A stretch of 41,641 nt of DNA from Candidatus Komeilibacteria bacterium (GCA_018656065.1 JABHZY010000023.1:1-41641); one strand, 5' to 3'; positions 30,401 through 40,985 are shown, counted from the stretch's first letter. Translations and numbers: made by a program. Notes: a model not told the origin generated them from the letters alone.

Positions 30401-32188
30401 TTAATTTTCTAAATTATTACTTATTTGTTTCTTTTTAGTACCAAAGGCAGCCGCAATTAATAGGAAGCCGATAAAGAAGAAGGTCATAATTCTACGTCCT
30501 TGATCCATTTGTCCAATATCGACAAGTAGTAGCCTCATAACAACTAATACTAGCATTGTTCCTCCATAAAATAAAAATACTTTTTGATGCATTAGTTTGC
30601 CATATATATTAGTAATCAATCCGATAATAGTATATATCACAATTGCCACCATAGCCGCTGTACTTCTATTATCAAAACTATTCTGCAATGAATGCCATAA
30701 TAAAATATATATATAGGCTGAACCTAATATTATTTGACCAATATAAAGTTTGCCAAAAAAACCTTTTCTAGCAAAATTTCTACCAAAATATCTATAAGCA
30801 AATCCGACAGCAAATAAACATAAAGCTAAAACTAATATGGAAAAGAAATATTCATTAAATACTGTGCGGCTCCTATCAAATCTTTCTATGTCATTGAAAG
30901 CAAATAATATTGGACCTAATAAAAGCAAACTATATTTTTGACCAGTGATATGATTTTTCATAGCACTAAACATTATTAGAGATATCACCGCACTTTCAAT
31001 GGTATAGGCTATAGTTAAAACCGCTCCATCAAGCTCAACAGTAGTGGCCGCTGCCAACATAGCAGTACCAATACCAGTATAAATGTATAAAGCGTCTTTT
31101 TTATTAGTCTTTTTAAATATCATGAAAGCTCCAAAAGCGAAGACCAACATCCAAGCTATGATAATCAAGCTCTGCCATTCTTTTTGAGCAGCTGCCAAAA
31201 TCCAAACTAATAACAACATACCATTCAAAGCCGCAGTTATAACATCAGCTTTAGTACTTCTATCTTTTATCTTCAAAAGTCCAATAGTATTAAAAATATA
31301 AAATAATGAAGCTAGGCCGTAAATAAATAATAATATAGTACTCTTAGTAGCTATACTATAAGTAGTCAGAACTGGCAGACTATGAAAACCAACCATTATT
31401 AGAGCTAAAAGAGTTAATGGTCTCCAGCCAGTTAAAATTACCACCCAAATAACTCCAAGTATTACTACGGTTAAGTAAGTAAATAATTCTACATAGCCCC
31501 CTCCTGAACCACCGACTAACAACGGGGCTAAAGCAGCTAAAATTAAAGCTGCCACTGCTAGGCCAATAGATTTTCTTTTTACACTAACAAAAGCTACAAA
31601 AGCTGTACTTAAAAATGACAGCCCTAAAGCTGTCAGTGGTGTAAACAAACCATGTAAATTTCTAGCTGCGTAAACAGTAATCAAAATTACTGTAGAACCA
31701 AGCACTAAAAAAATATTTCCTTGATGTAAATCATTTTTAATTCGCCAAGCACCAAGAATTAATAATACTGTACCAACAAAAACTCCCAATAAAGTACTGC
31801 CCATTGGTCCAAGCCAATTGTTTGTATTTACAAACCAGCCAAAACCAAGTAATAAGAGTAAAGCTCCTAATTTAAATAGCCATTCTTCTCTAATCCAATG
31901 AAAGACATTGCCTGCCACAGATGGCTTAGATATCACACTCGGTACATCGGCTGGTGCTAATGCTTGAGGAACATCAGGCTTGAGCTGTTGATCCTGAGTC
32001 TGCATATCTGATGGAATATCTGCTTGAACAGCAGGCTGTTCAGTTGGCACACTTGGCCTTGCACTGGAATTTAATTCCAAGTTTTTTACTCGCTTTTTTA
32101 AATTGGCAACCATTACAAACAAGATGACAACTGCAATGACCGGTAATATACCAAGCGAATTAACAATTGAACCTAAAAGATAAAACAT
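30401..32188 (-). CDS. DUF2339-like polytopic membrane protein
   Basis: N-terminal TM, Pro-rich linker, WLFKLGA..LLLGFGWF, many TM, C-terminal LLLVD...RIMTF. Confidence 0.8.
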   Translation of the reverse strand: MFYLLGSIVNSLGILPVIAVVILFVMVANLKKRVKNLELNSSARPSVPTEQPAVQADIPSDMQTQDQQLKPDVPQALAPADVPSVISKPSVAGNVFHWIREEWLFKLGALLLLLGFGWFVNTNNWLGPMGSTLLGVFVGTVLLILGAWRIKNDLHQGNIFLVLGSTVILITVYAARNLHGLFTPLTALGLSFLSTAFVAFVSVKRKSIGLAVAALILAALAPLLVGGSGGGYVELFTYLTVVILGVIWVVILTGWRPLTLLALIMVGFHSLPVLTTYSIATKSTILLFIYGLASLFYIFNTIGLLKIKDRSTKADVITAALNGMLLLVWILAAAQKEWQSLIIIAWMLVFAFGAFMIFKKTNKKDALYIYTGIGTAMLAAATTVELDGAVLTIAYTIESAVISLIMFSAMKNHITGQKYSLLLLGPILFAFNDIERFDRSRTVFNEYFFSILVLALCLFAVGFAYRYFGRNFARKGFFGKLYIGQIILGSAYIYILLWHSLQNSFDNRSTAAMVAIVIYTIIGLITNIYGKLMHQKVFLFYGGTMLVLVVMRLLLVDIGQMDQGRRIMTFFFIGFLLIAAAFGTKKKQISNNLEN

Positions 32189-32272
32189 AGTTATTTATAT
32201 AAAAAATTATATACTTGATAACAATTACTTTTTATTATAGCAAAAATACGCTTCTGAGGGAATATTTTTTCC

Positions 32273-32309
32273 AAAAAAAGAGGGCTGCGCGACTTGAAGC
32301 CGCGCAGCC
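32273..32309 (-). terminator. Terminator after the nitronate monooxygenase gene
   Basis: Minus-strand GGCTGCGCG...CGCGCAGCC then TCTTTTTTT. Confidence 0.75.
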
Positions 32310-32330
32310 ATAACGAGGTTACGAGAAGTA

Positions 32331-33737
32331 TCATCCAGACAGTAGATAGTCTACGGCTTGTCGTGCCGTGTAGTTAGCACCGTCTGGCGAAAGAACCTTT
32401 AGCCAGCTGTAGTCATCACCAAAGGTGATAAACGGTAGCTCCAATTCACCTCCTTTTCGGCGTTGAGCTAGACCGACATTGGCCAACAGAGCGTTGCAAA
32501 GACAAATGCAGTTGATTGTGTCTTCCACGGAGCCGCCCTTGGCTACAAAACTATCCACGTTTTCAGCGGAACAACGATAGCCCAGAGTACCATCACTGCG
32601 GATACACGGACCACGTAACCTGCCAAGATCACAGACACGTCTACGCTGAGCGTATTTTTCCGAGTCTGTCAGTGTTCCAGCAAGTATCGCCTTCTTGAAG
32701 GGGAAGCCCTTTGGTGAAGCTTGCGGATCAGTGAAGATACGCAAACCATCGACTGATGCCAGCTGTCTGGCGACTGCCTTTATTTCAGGCAAGAACCTTG
32801 ATTCATCACATAGAGCAAAGATGGATCCAGCTTGGATACCTTGGGCTCCAACTTCTAAGGCCTTACGCATTCCAGCCGGTGTCGCATATGAACCAGCCAG
32901 CCAGAACGGAATTCCTGTTTGGCGCATTTGCTCAAAATCAAGCTTGTCGCGATCCCCATAGATTGGCTGACCATCCTCGGTAAGCTTCAACTGACCGCGC
33001 GGCGGCGCGTTGTGACCTCCTGCTGGAGACCCTTCACATACCAAGCCGTCAATTTGACCAGATCTTATAAGCATCTTAGCTAGCGATGCAGATGAGATTA
33101 TGGGAAAGAAATAAGGCCTGGTTAGGGTTGTAGTGGGAGTCCAGATACTTTGTGGATCAAAGGACACGTAGTAACTATCCTTGCGATCCGCTCCAAGAAC
33201 ATGGACCTTGTATTGGGCTGGCTCGTGATTTACGAACTTGTCCAATACTCCGGAAATTTGCGTAGGGATTCCTGCGCCCATCAGGATGTAGTCCACACCA
33301 GCCATCATAGCACCATAGATGGATGCCAGTTGAGGTAGCTGAATTGTCTCCAGCAAATTGATACCTACAACGCCATCATGACCTTCTTTGGCTAGCCAGA
33401 CTAGACAGAAATTTGCCGCCACAGTAAGCTCAGCTAATCTCTGATCAAATGCAAGCGTATAGCGGGGAGGGTTTTTGAAAGCCTTGTGTGCAAGCAAGCC
33501 CCCTTCGTTGTAGTATGTTGCTATGATTCTTTCAGCAACATCTTGAGCCGGAAAGTGCTCAAGAGCACGACGAAGATGACCACCAGGATCACCAAGCTGA
33601 AGTATGCGTACGAATACGATATCCGCGTGCGCTCCAGAAACGACTCCTAGCTGTTTGAGCATTGATACGACGCGAGGAAGTTGCCACCAAGAAACGCCTA
33701 TACCCATGCCACCCTGAATCAACTTTGGATGATTCAT
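32331..33737 (-). CDS. Nitronate monooxygenase (2-nitropropane dioxygenase-like) FMN enzyme
   Basis: LIQGGMGIGVS, GAGIP, EGSPAGGHN, FWLAGSY, C-terminal Cys cluster; GAGAGG SD. Confidence 0.88.
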   Translation of the reverse strand: MNHPKLIQGGMGIGVSWWQLPRVVSMLKQLGVVSGAHADIVFVRILQLGDPGGHLRRALEHFPAQDVAERIIATYYNEGGLLAHKAFKNPPRYTLAFDQRLAELTVAANFCLVWLAKEGHDGVVGINLLETIQLPQLASIYGAMMAGVDYILMGAGIPTQISGVLDKFVNHEPAQYKVHVLGADRKDSYYVSFDPQSIWTPTTTLTRPYFFPIISSASLAKMLIRSGQIDGLVCEGSPAGGHNAPPRGQLKLTEDGQPIYGDRDKLDFEQMRQTGIPFWLAGSYATPAGMRKALEVGAQGIQAGSIFALCDESRFLPEIKAVARQLASVDGLRIFTDPQASPKGFPFKKAILAGTLTDSEKYAQRRRVCDLGRLRGPCIRSDGTLGYRCSAENVDSFVAKGGSVEDTINCICLCNALLANVGLAQRRKGGELELPFITFGDDYSWLKVLSPDGANYTARQAVDYLLSG

Positions 33738-33865
33738 ATTATACCTCTCGAGTTTAAGGTTCAAACTTGTCTTTCAAGATTCCATATTAAGTTTGAAACA
33801 AACGCTTATTATTGTCAATGAAATTAAACAAAAATAAAAAACAACCCTTTAAAATAAAGCTGTTT

Positions 33866-35260
33866 TTAAACTATTTTTACAATTCCTCTATCTGCATCCA
33901 CCTCTATTATATCTTCATCTTTAAGAATTTTTGTGGCTGTTTTAGTGCCAACTATACAAGGAATCTTCAATTCTCGAGCCACAATAGCCGCATGACTAAC
34001 AATACCCCCTTCATCAGTCACAAAAGCTTTGGCTCGCTTCATAGCTGGTAAATAATTTGGATGAGTAGTGTTGGCTACCAATATATCGCCGGTTTTAAAA
34101 TTTTTAATATCATGAGGGCTATAGATAATTTTTACTCGGCCTCTAACTTTACCTCTTTGAGCTACTAATCCTTTAATGACATCTCCTTTACCACGATTAT
34201 CAACCTCAGCTATTATATCAAAATATTTCTGAGGAATTTTATTATCAATTACTTTAAGTTTTTGATTATCTGAAGTAGCTGTAATAATTACTGATTCTGC
34301 CTGACGTTTTTTAATAATATCTCTTGGTAATTTATCTACTTTGAATGCTTGAGTTATTTCATCAATAGTTAAATAACCTATATCATCTTGGGAAATTTTA
34401 TACTTTTTAGATAATAAGGTAAATATAAAACTCCAGCGGTAATTAAAAGCTCGTCTAAAATCATCCCGCCAATCTTTGAAGAAAAACATATAGGGAGCTA
34501 ACTCCAAATATTTTTTTTCTTGGTTATTTGGTTTTAATAAACTATATAATTTATTTTTAGAATATTTTTTAATTACGGTTTTTTCTGTACTTGATACAGC
34601 TAAATCTCTAAACCAAGCTTCGTTAATAGGCTGATACCAAACTACCGCCCAAGATCTTAAGTATTGATAATCTTTCACCAGTTGTTTAATTTTAATTCCT
34701 CTATTTAATTTATCTTGTATTTGATAAATAGCAGTTTTTTTCCAAGGCCGACAAGCTGAACTAATGATAGAGTCTATTTGTTCGGATAATTTATTCCTCT
34801 TTACCATTCTATCTAGGATATTATTGAAATCATGCTGCCAAGTTTCAATAGCTAACCAAGAAGTAATACTATAAATATGATTTATTCTTTTATATTGTTT
34901 ATCAAAATCTTGCCACGCTTTTAAAAATTCATCCGCCGATGATTTTGTATTCAATTTTCCCTGCCAAGCTTTAGTATTTTTAACTATCTCTTTAGAAAAT
35001 TCTTGACCCTCTTGATAATATTTTTTGATAAGTTTTGAAGAAGAAAAATATTTTCTATAACTTTTATCACACACCTGCCAAAAACTATCTTGTACATAAT
35101 GAGTTAAATGCCTCTTACGCATATGTGTAAAAAGTGGCGCTTTACTTTGCGGTAGAAATTCTTTAACCAATTTAAAAAATTGCCGGTCAATACCAGAGGC
35201 CGTTATAAAATCTGTATCATCTCGGGCTAATAATTTATCCCATTTATATTTTTTACTCAT
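33866..35260 (-). CDS. PEP-utilising-enzyme mobile (swivelling His) domain protein
   Basis: C-terminal GDILVANTT.P, VTDEGGIVSHAAIVARELKIPCIVG, VDADRG; no ATP-grasp domain recognised. Confidence 0.85.
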   Translation of the reverse strand: MSKKYKWDKLLARDDTDFITASGIDRQFFKLVKEFLPQSKAPLFTHMRKRHLTHYVQDSFWQVCDKSYRKYFSSSKLIKKYYQEGQEFSKEIVKNTKAWQGKLNTKSSADEFLKAWQDFDKQYKRINHIYSITSWLAIETWQHDFNNILDRMVKRNKLSEQIDSIISSACRPWKKTAIYQIQDKLNRGIKIKQLVKDYQYLRSWAVVWYQPINEAWFRDLAVSSTEKTVIKKYSKNKLYSLLKPNNQEKKYLELAPYMFFFKDWRDDFRRAFNYRWSFIFTLLSKKYKISQDDIGYLTIDEITQAFKVDKLPRDIIKKRQAESVIITATSDNQKLKVIDNKIPQKYFDIIAEVDNRGKGDVIKGLVAQRGKVRGRVKIIYSPHDIKNFKTGDILVANTTHPNYLPAMKRAKAFVTDEGGIVSHAAIVARELKIPCIVGTKTATKILKDEDIIEVDADRGIVKIV

Positions 35261-35268
35261 AAATATAC

Positions 35269-36315
35269 TTATAAAAGATGATCTCCAAAACGCATACCCA
35301 TAGATTCTAAATCATCAAAAAACCTAACATCTTCATACCACTTATCACCAAAATGTTTAACAGCCACTTCTTCACTCACTACCCATTCCAATTCTAAATT
35401 AGAATTCATATAATAAACTCTGGCTAATTTCTTATCTCTTACTAACCAGCCTATTTTGACTATGGAATCACTATCATCTTCTTTGATTTCTGAATCTTCT
35501 ATTGTTTGCGAATTATCATTATTAACCACTCCTCTAGTTAATGGTCCAAAATAACCAGCTGCTGGGCTAATACTTTCCGCTTGTTGGAATTTAATCAAAG
35601 CTGCTTGAGTAGCTGATCCAAAATAATCACTTTCATTACCAATGGATCCTATACCTGAAATAGATACTAAGAATCCATTACTATTAAGATATTTTTGCAA
35701 CTGTCTAACATCTTCTCCTTCTATTCCTAATTTAAGATCTCTGGTAAATTGATAAGTCGTGATATTATCTTGAATAGTCTCGACTGGCTTACCAATAGCT
35801 GCCATCAAACTCGGATAAGAATTAATAGATTTTTTTTGAGGTGTCCAAATTTCAAAATGCAAATGATGACCAGTCCATTCAGCATTACCACTATTGCCAG
35901 CAAAAGCTATTACATCTCCGGCTTTGACTATAGAGCCTCTTTTGATATTTCTAGGAAAAGCATAAGCTCTTATTCCTTTGCCATCATCTGTGCCCGGAGT
36001 ATCATTGTTTACATGAAGATAACGATATGAATAACCTTGCTTATCTTCTATATAAATTGCCAAGCCCCAGCCCTTGTCACTATCAACCAAGTAAGAAACT
36101 CTACCGTCTACCGCTGCCACCAGCGGAGTCATTTGATCTACCATAATATCTGTACCAATATGACTACGACCGCCACTACGAGCTGCTCCGTAGGTATCAG
36201 AAAAATTATAATCCCAGCCATCTTCAACTGGAAAAGTAATATCCCTAGCTTCAATAGCTCTAGCTATTGGAATATTTAATATAAATATTAATAAAAATAT
36301 AATTATTTTATACAT
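35269..36315 (-). CDS. M23 peptidase with peptidoglycan-binding domain
   Basis: Signal peptide; HIGTD, YLH, HLHFE; LKLG..GEDVRQLQ...GYFGPLTR. Confidence 0.9.
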   Translation of the reverse strand: MYKIIIFLLIFILNIPIARAIEARDITFPVEDGWDYNFSDTYGAARSGGRSHIGTDIMVDQMTPLVAAVDGRVSYLVDSDKGWGLAIYIEDKQGYSYRYLHVNNDTPGTDDGKGIRAYAFPRNIKRGSIVKAGDVIAFAGNSGNAEWTGHHLHFEIWTPQKKSINSYPSLMAAIGKPVETIQDNITTYQFTRDLKLGIEGEDVRQLQKYLNSNGFLVSISGIGSIGNESDYFGSATQAALIKFQQAESISPAAGYFGPLTRGVVNNDNSQTIEDSEIKEDDSDSIVKIGWLVRDKKLARVYYMNSNLELEWVVSEEVAVKHFGDKWYEDVRFFDDLESMGMRFGDHLL

Positions 36316-36353
36316 AATCTAATCATTAATTTACATTGCCCTGTACTTTTCTA

Positions 36354-36947
36354 TTATATATTGAAAAATTTTTCTAAAACACTGTCCCATTCAAAATGTT
36401 CCTTCTTTTTATTTATTATATTGTCTATGCCAAAATTATATTGCTCAAACCTTTCAAGTGTGACTTTTGGCATTGCAAACTCATGTAATAATGGGGCTAT
36501 TGAGTCTACAGATTTTGCAAATTTAGCATCAAAGGTTTTTCTTTCTTCCATCTCTTGAAAATAAGAAAATAAATATTCTGGTAAAAGTTTTTTTGTAGCT
36601 TTAAGTTCTATATCTTCATGCTCCTTAGTTTTTTTATAAGTCATTATATCACCCACGCTTGTTTCTCCTATATCATGTATGGATAACATAATTAAAGCTC
36701 TACCTAAATCCACTTTGTCTGTATGCTCAATATACTTGTGCAAATAACTAGCTATTAAGGGTGTGTGTCCAACATGCTCTATAAGTGGCTCCCTAATAAA
36801 TTTTGAATCATAAGTATAATCTTTAATAAGTCCAGATTTTACTAAATTATCGTACCTCTCTTGAGTTATCATAGCTCTAAATGTGCTAGCATAATTATTT
36901 TGCAATTTTACTAACTCATCTAAAATTTGTTTAGCTTCCAATCTCAT
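36354..36947 (-). CDS. HD-domain hydrolase (YfbR/5'-deoxynucleotidase-like)
   Basis: EH, HDIGETSVGDI, AKFAKSVD. Confidence 0.8.
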   Translation of the reverse strand: MRLEAKQILDELVKLQNNYASTFRAMITQERYDNLVKSGLIKDYTYDSKFIREPLIEHVGHTPLIASYLHKYIEHTDKVDLGRALIMLSIHDIGETSVGDIMTYKKTKEHEDIELKATKKLLPEYLFSYFQEMEERKTFDAKFAKSVDSIAPLLHEFAMPKVTLERFEQYNFGIDNIINKKKEHFEWDSVLEKFFNI

Positions 36948-36970
36948 AAGAATATAATTTAATAAATTAT

Positions 36971-37492
36971 CTAATTTTCAAATCCCCCCATAACCCAAGC
37001 ATATGAAGGGGTCCAATCTCTATCTGGGCAACTCCAACCTGGACTATGGCTTGTAGTGTGATTAACAGTTTCCATGTTAGCAATTACAAGAACAAAGTAG
37101 GGACCACGTGAAACATCACAACCATACTGACCAGCATTATAACGATGATATTTATAACGAAAACCAATACAATCCCCAGATGTTAAAGGATCGCTAGGTA
37201 CTGAACCAAACATTCCATCGTCAACTAAATCCTGCATAAAAGACTCATCACCGTCAGCATCCCAACCAGCACAATCAGAATCAGTATTACTGGGATATTG
37301 CCCGTGGTTTTCATAATAAACTTTTAGAGCAATTGTAATTTGATTAATATCTGATATCCTTTTAGCATCACGAGCTTTAGCTCGGGCATGATTTAAATTC
37401 ACTACAGCTACAGTAGATAAAATGCCAATAATGGCAATCACTACTAACAACTCTACTAATGTAAACCCTGCTTTATATTTTATATTTTTCAT
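36971..37492 (-). CDS. Type IV pilin/GspG-like prepilin
   Basis: GFTLVELLVVIAIIGIL N-methylation motif; ARAKARDAKR..D; PSDP. Confidence 0.92.
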   Translation of the reverse strand: MKNIKYKAGFTLVELLVVIAIIGILSTVAVVNLNHARAKARDAKRISDINQITIALKVYYENHGQYPSNTDSDCAGWDADGDESFMQDLVDDGMFGSVPSDPLTSGDCIGFRYKYHRYNAGQYGCDVSRGPYFVLVIANMETVNHTTSHSPGWSCPDRDWTPSYAWVMGGFEN

Positions 37493-37549
37493 ATATTTAT
37501 TATATCAAAAAAACGCCTATTAAGGCGAATTTTTTAAACTATAAATTAT

Positions 37550-38005
37550 CTAATAAAATATAAATAAAATTATTAAAGCTACTATAGATATATAAAACTC
37601 CCGCCTAGTCCCAGAGGGTATAAAACCTCGGTAATGAAATTTATTAAAAGGTTGCCACGGATAATGAGAAAACTTCATTAAAGCATCAAAAAATATATGC
37701 GAAGCTAAAAATAAGGGAGATATCCACCATCTTATAGTCAATGTAAAGTGCAAAATAATTCCAACTAACAAAGCCGTAGATATTCCAAATAAAGGTTCTT
37801 GTAATAAACTATGTTGATTGACTCCTTGTTCAATTTTCTTTAGTTGGAAAAAATTTTTTACATCCCGTATCCATTTATTGTTTACAAATAAATGATCAAT
37901 ATCAACGGCAACGCCAGCTATTAAGGCAAAATAAAATTCTAAACCTGTTAAAGATAGTAATTTACTTATTAAAACCGTAAAGAAAAAATGAGAAGTAATT
38001 AGCAT
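37550..38005 (-). CDS. Membrane metal-dependent hydrolase (YdjM-like)
   Basis: H, DIDH, HS and SHIFFD motifs in TM context. Confidence 0.75.
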   Translation of the reverse strand: MLITSHFFFTVLISKLLSLTGLEFYFALIAGVAVDIDHLFVNNKWIRDVKNFFQLKKIEQGVNQHSLLQEPLFGISTALLVGIILHFTLTIRWWISPLFLASHIFFDALMKFSHYPWQPFNKFHYRGFIPSGTRREFYISIVALIILFIFY

Positions 38006-38048
38006 ATTCTTGTTCTATTATGATTATCCTTCTTTAATAACTAGCCGA

Positions 38049-38522
38049 TTATAATTTATTTTTCCAAGCTTCAATCATTTGGCGACCATTTTCAAAAGCA
38101 ATGTCACTTGGTAATTTATCATATGAAAACCATTCGAGTTTTTCTAAATCATCCCCAGCTTTTTCTTCGCCACCAACAATATTAACGATATAAGCAATAT
38201 TAAGTGTAGATTCTTTATCGACACCATATTCATCCATAAATATACCCAACACTTCTTTTGGCTCAACAATCAAACTAGTTTCTTCAAGCGCCTCTCTTTT
38301 AACTGCATCTTCTGGATGCTCTCCATAATTACAAAAACCACCAGGAATATCCCACATGCCTTTTGAAGGTTCAATGCTCCGTCTTCCTAATAAAATTTTA
38401 TTATCTTTAATAATTAAAGCACTGGCCGTAGGTTTAGAATTTTGATAAAAAACAAAATCACAAGTTGTACATTTGTATTGCTCTAAATTATTTCCACATT
38501 TTGGACAATTAGTATATTTCAT
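38049..38522 (-). CDS. NUDIX hydrolase with N-terminal Zn ribbon
   Basis: CPKCG...CTTC; PGGF..YGEHPEDAVKREALEET. Confidence 0.9.
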   Translation of the reverse strand: MKYTNCPKCGNNLEQYKCTTCDFVFYQNSKPTASALIIKDNKILLGRRSIEPSKGMWDIPGGFCNYGEHPEDAVKREALEETSLIVEPKEVLGIFMDEYGVDKESTLNIAYIVNIVGGEEKAGDDLEKLEWFSYDKLPSDIAFENGRQMIEAWKNKL

Positions 38523-38528
38523 AATAAA

Positions 38529-39374
38529 TTACCGATTACTACAATCATCGACTGGTCCAATTACTCTACCTTTTTCACTTTTTCGCCAGCCTAAGTCCAA
38601 GCTATCCAAGAATTCTTGCTCAGACTCTTTTCCAATTAGCCCTTGAAACCTACCACTATCCCACCAGCTATCCCCTTCTACATATTTTATCCAGGAGCAT
38701 CCTGTTCTTATAGTCCAGGAAAGATAATTATCTGAACGCTTAGTCTCTAATATAGAATCTAACAATTTTTTCGAATCATTAGAAAAATATTCATAGGGTG
38801 GCAATGTTCGATATACTCCATCATTATCTACAGTCAACATTATCTCCCACCATGTTTCTTCATCATTTAGATGGTGTGTTCTTTTTTCCATTTTACCTAA
38901 AATATCACCAATCTCAATCTTATCTCCAACCCGTAAATCATCCCGTGGGAAAATATGCATATAAGTTACTACGTATTTTCTACCATATTGAACAGAAACT
39001 AAACCACTATTACCATTAGACATATTTTTTTGTGTAACAATCCCTGGGGCCACTGCCAAATAATCACTTACATCTGTAGCTACATAGAATTGCATTTCAT
39101 TAGCTGGTTCATAAGCCACTCCTTCTGGATAAACAAATTGCCCCTCCCATTCTCCATAAGGCCCAATACGAACAACTGATTCCGGATCAAGATTCCCGCT
39201 CCAGACAAGTTCAAGAATAGGTACGTTAGAAGTATCTGGATAATATACCTTCTTTGATATTGAACTAACAATATTTTGTATGAAGTTCATTTTTTCTTCT
39301 TTTGTTTTTCTTAGAAAAAATACACTTCCTGCTACAATAATAATTATAATGATAGTTAAAATTACTTTTTTCAT
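38529..39374 (-). CDS. Membrane-anchored M23-like protein (degenerate active site)
   Basis: N-terminal TM; AVAPGIV, TYMH, VGDKIEIGDILG; HxH not seen. Confidence 0.6.
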   Translation of the reverse strand: MKKVILTIIIIIIVAGSVFFLRKTKEEKMNFIQNIVSSISKKVYYPDTSNVPILELVWSGNLDPESVVRIGPYGEWEGQFVYPEGVAYEPANEMQFYVATDVSDYLAVAPGIVTQKNMSNGNSGLVSVQYGRKYVVTYMHIFPRDDLRVGDKIEIGDILGKMEKRTHHLNDEETWWEIMLTVDNDGVYRTLPPYEYFSNDSKKLLDSILETKRSDNYLSWTIRTGCSWIKYVEGDSWWDSGRFQGLIGKESEQEFLDSLDLGWRKSEKGRVIGPVDDCSNR

Positions 39375-39476
39375 ATCTTCAGTATACAAAAAAACATCAA
39401 TCATGGCGAATTTCATTCTTAATTTACAAATACACTTATATCGGCTATGCTATAGAAATAAAATTTAATAAAAAAA

Positions 39477-40367
39477 ATGAACGAAAAATTTACAGCTGAA
39501 CAAACGCCAGATAAAAAAGAGGCTGAATTAATAGCTTTTTTTGAAAGTCATGGCTATGAAAATGTACAATTAATCCCCCATAGAAATCGTAATGATATTA
39601 TCCATGCCACCAAGAACGGACAAGAATGCTTTATCAAAAAATTAAACCCCACTTCTGGGGCAGAAAAAAGTGTTAGTAAAAAAATGGATACTGAAAGTGC
39701 CTGTTATGAAAATTTACCGGAAGATATTTTAATTAATGTTGTTGAAATAAATGCTGACGAAGGCTATATAGTTTTAGGCCGGGTAGAATTTGATGAAATA
39801 GAAGAAAATGAACAATACATAGAAGATCTAGCGGATGTTGAACTTAATAAATTTCCTAATATTGATGCGTCATTCTTGCCCGAAACAACTTGGGAAGATT
39901 ATGAAAAATTATTTATAAAATTAAAAAAATTAGAAGAGGCAGAAATTATTGAAGATGCTGATGCAATTATTCAAATCTTTGAATCTAAAAAAGAATTAAT
40001 AGAAAATGTCAAAAAGATTTTCTCACAACAAGACTTTAACCGAAGTAATATAAAAAAAGTCGACGGTCAACTGAAGATATTTGATTTTGAAGAATCTAGA
40101 CAAGACAATGCTATGGCCGATATGGCTACTATGAGTATTGATATCAGAAATAATGAAAAACTTTCCGCTACCTATAAAGAAAGAATACAAGCCAGTGAAT
40201 CATACAATGAAGAACTATTTAACCTAATGACAGCTAAAAGAGCTGCCTTGGTAATGTACGCCCGCCTGTATGCTCGTGGAGACGAAATTGAATCTGCTGG
40301 GATACCACAATTTGTACAAGATAATATCGATGCTTTCCATGAAGCCGTTGATAAATTAGCAGCTTAA
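39477..40367 (+). CDS. Protein-kinase-like/APH-family phosphotransferase
   Basis: FIK, QDFNRSNI, IFDFE, DMA. Confidence 0.7.
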   Translation: MNEKFTAEQTPDKKEAELIAFFESHGYENVQLIPHRNRNDIIHATKNGQECFIKKLNPTSGAEKSVSKKMDTESACYENLPEDILINVVEINADEGYIVLGRVEFDEIEENEQYIEDLADVELNKFPNIDASFLPETTWEDYEKLFIKLKKLEEAEIIEDADAIIQIFESKKELIENVKKIFSQQDFNRSNIKKVDGQLKIFDFEESRQDNAMADMATMSIDIRNNEKLSATYKERIQASESYNEELFNLMTAKRAALVMYARLYARGDEIESAGIPQFVQDNIDAFHEAVDKLAA

Positions 40368-40413
40368 AATTTTACTAAATAAAAATAAAATATTACTGTC
40401 CATCGGCTTATTA

Positions 40414-40710
40414 TTGGTATTTTTCTTCCTGGGTTCTACTCATGTAGTTATTTGTAAATTACCAGTTTGCGAACCTCTGCCAATATACTCTGATATAATT
40501 CGTGATATTACTTTATGGCCATCACTTATTTTTGTTTCCTCTCCAGGCCCATTACTTGAAATCGGCTTATTTGTATTATTGCCATTATACTATTATCTAT
40601 TATCTTGTCTCTGGTTTTATAAAAAAAATGATTGGAAGATAAAAAATTATTTTTTATTATCTCTAGCTCTTATAATTATAGTCTATTCAATAATTATGAT
40701 GTACAATTAA
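40414..40710 (+). CDS. Small hypothetical membrane protein
   Basis: Hydrophobic ORF; start codon uncertain. Confidence 0.5.
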   Translation: MVFFFLGSTHVVICKLPVCEPLPIYSDIIRDITLWPSLIFVSSPGPLLEIGLFVLLPLYYYLLSCLWFYKKNDWKIKNYFLLSLALIIIVYSIIMMYN

Positions 40711-40804
40711 AATTATATAAACCGTGTTTAAGTTAATGAAAACTATCCTACTAAAAAAGCACCCTAGTGGGTGTTTTTTATTTTAGGTTATAAACCTAGG
40801 TGTC

Positions 40805-40880
40805 TGGAGCGGGTAAGGGGAATCGAACCCCTCTCTTCAGGTTGGAAACCTGACATAATAAACCACTATACTATACCCGC
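40805..40880 (-). tRNA. tRNA-Gly(TCC)
   Basis: Reverse complement GCGGGTA...TCAGG-TT-TCC-AA-CCTGA...CCCGCTCCA. Confidence 0.93.
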
Positions 40881-40895
40881 TAATTTTAATTTAAA

Positions 40896-40972
40896 TGGTC
40901 GGGGTGAGAGGACTCGAACCTCCGACCTCATCGTCCCAAACGACGCGCGCTAGCCAACTGCGCCACACCCCG
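40896..40972 (-). tRNA. tRNA-Pro(TGG)
   Basis: Reverse complement CGGGGTG...CGTCG-TT-TGG-GA-CGATG...CCCCGACCA. Confidence 0.95.
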
Positions 40973-40985
40973 ATATTTTGTTTAT

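Noticed and set aside
32516-33338. Short plus-strand ORFs inside the nitronate monooxygenase gene (similarly within the UbiA, DsbA, M23 and pilT genes)
   Set aside because: Antisense to well-supported genes and without recognisable motifs.
40375-40413. Lost ATG upstream of the 40414 ORF (frame extends as KNKILLSIGLL)
   Set aside because: Plausible but cannot be supported without homologs or reads.
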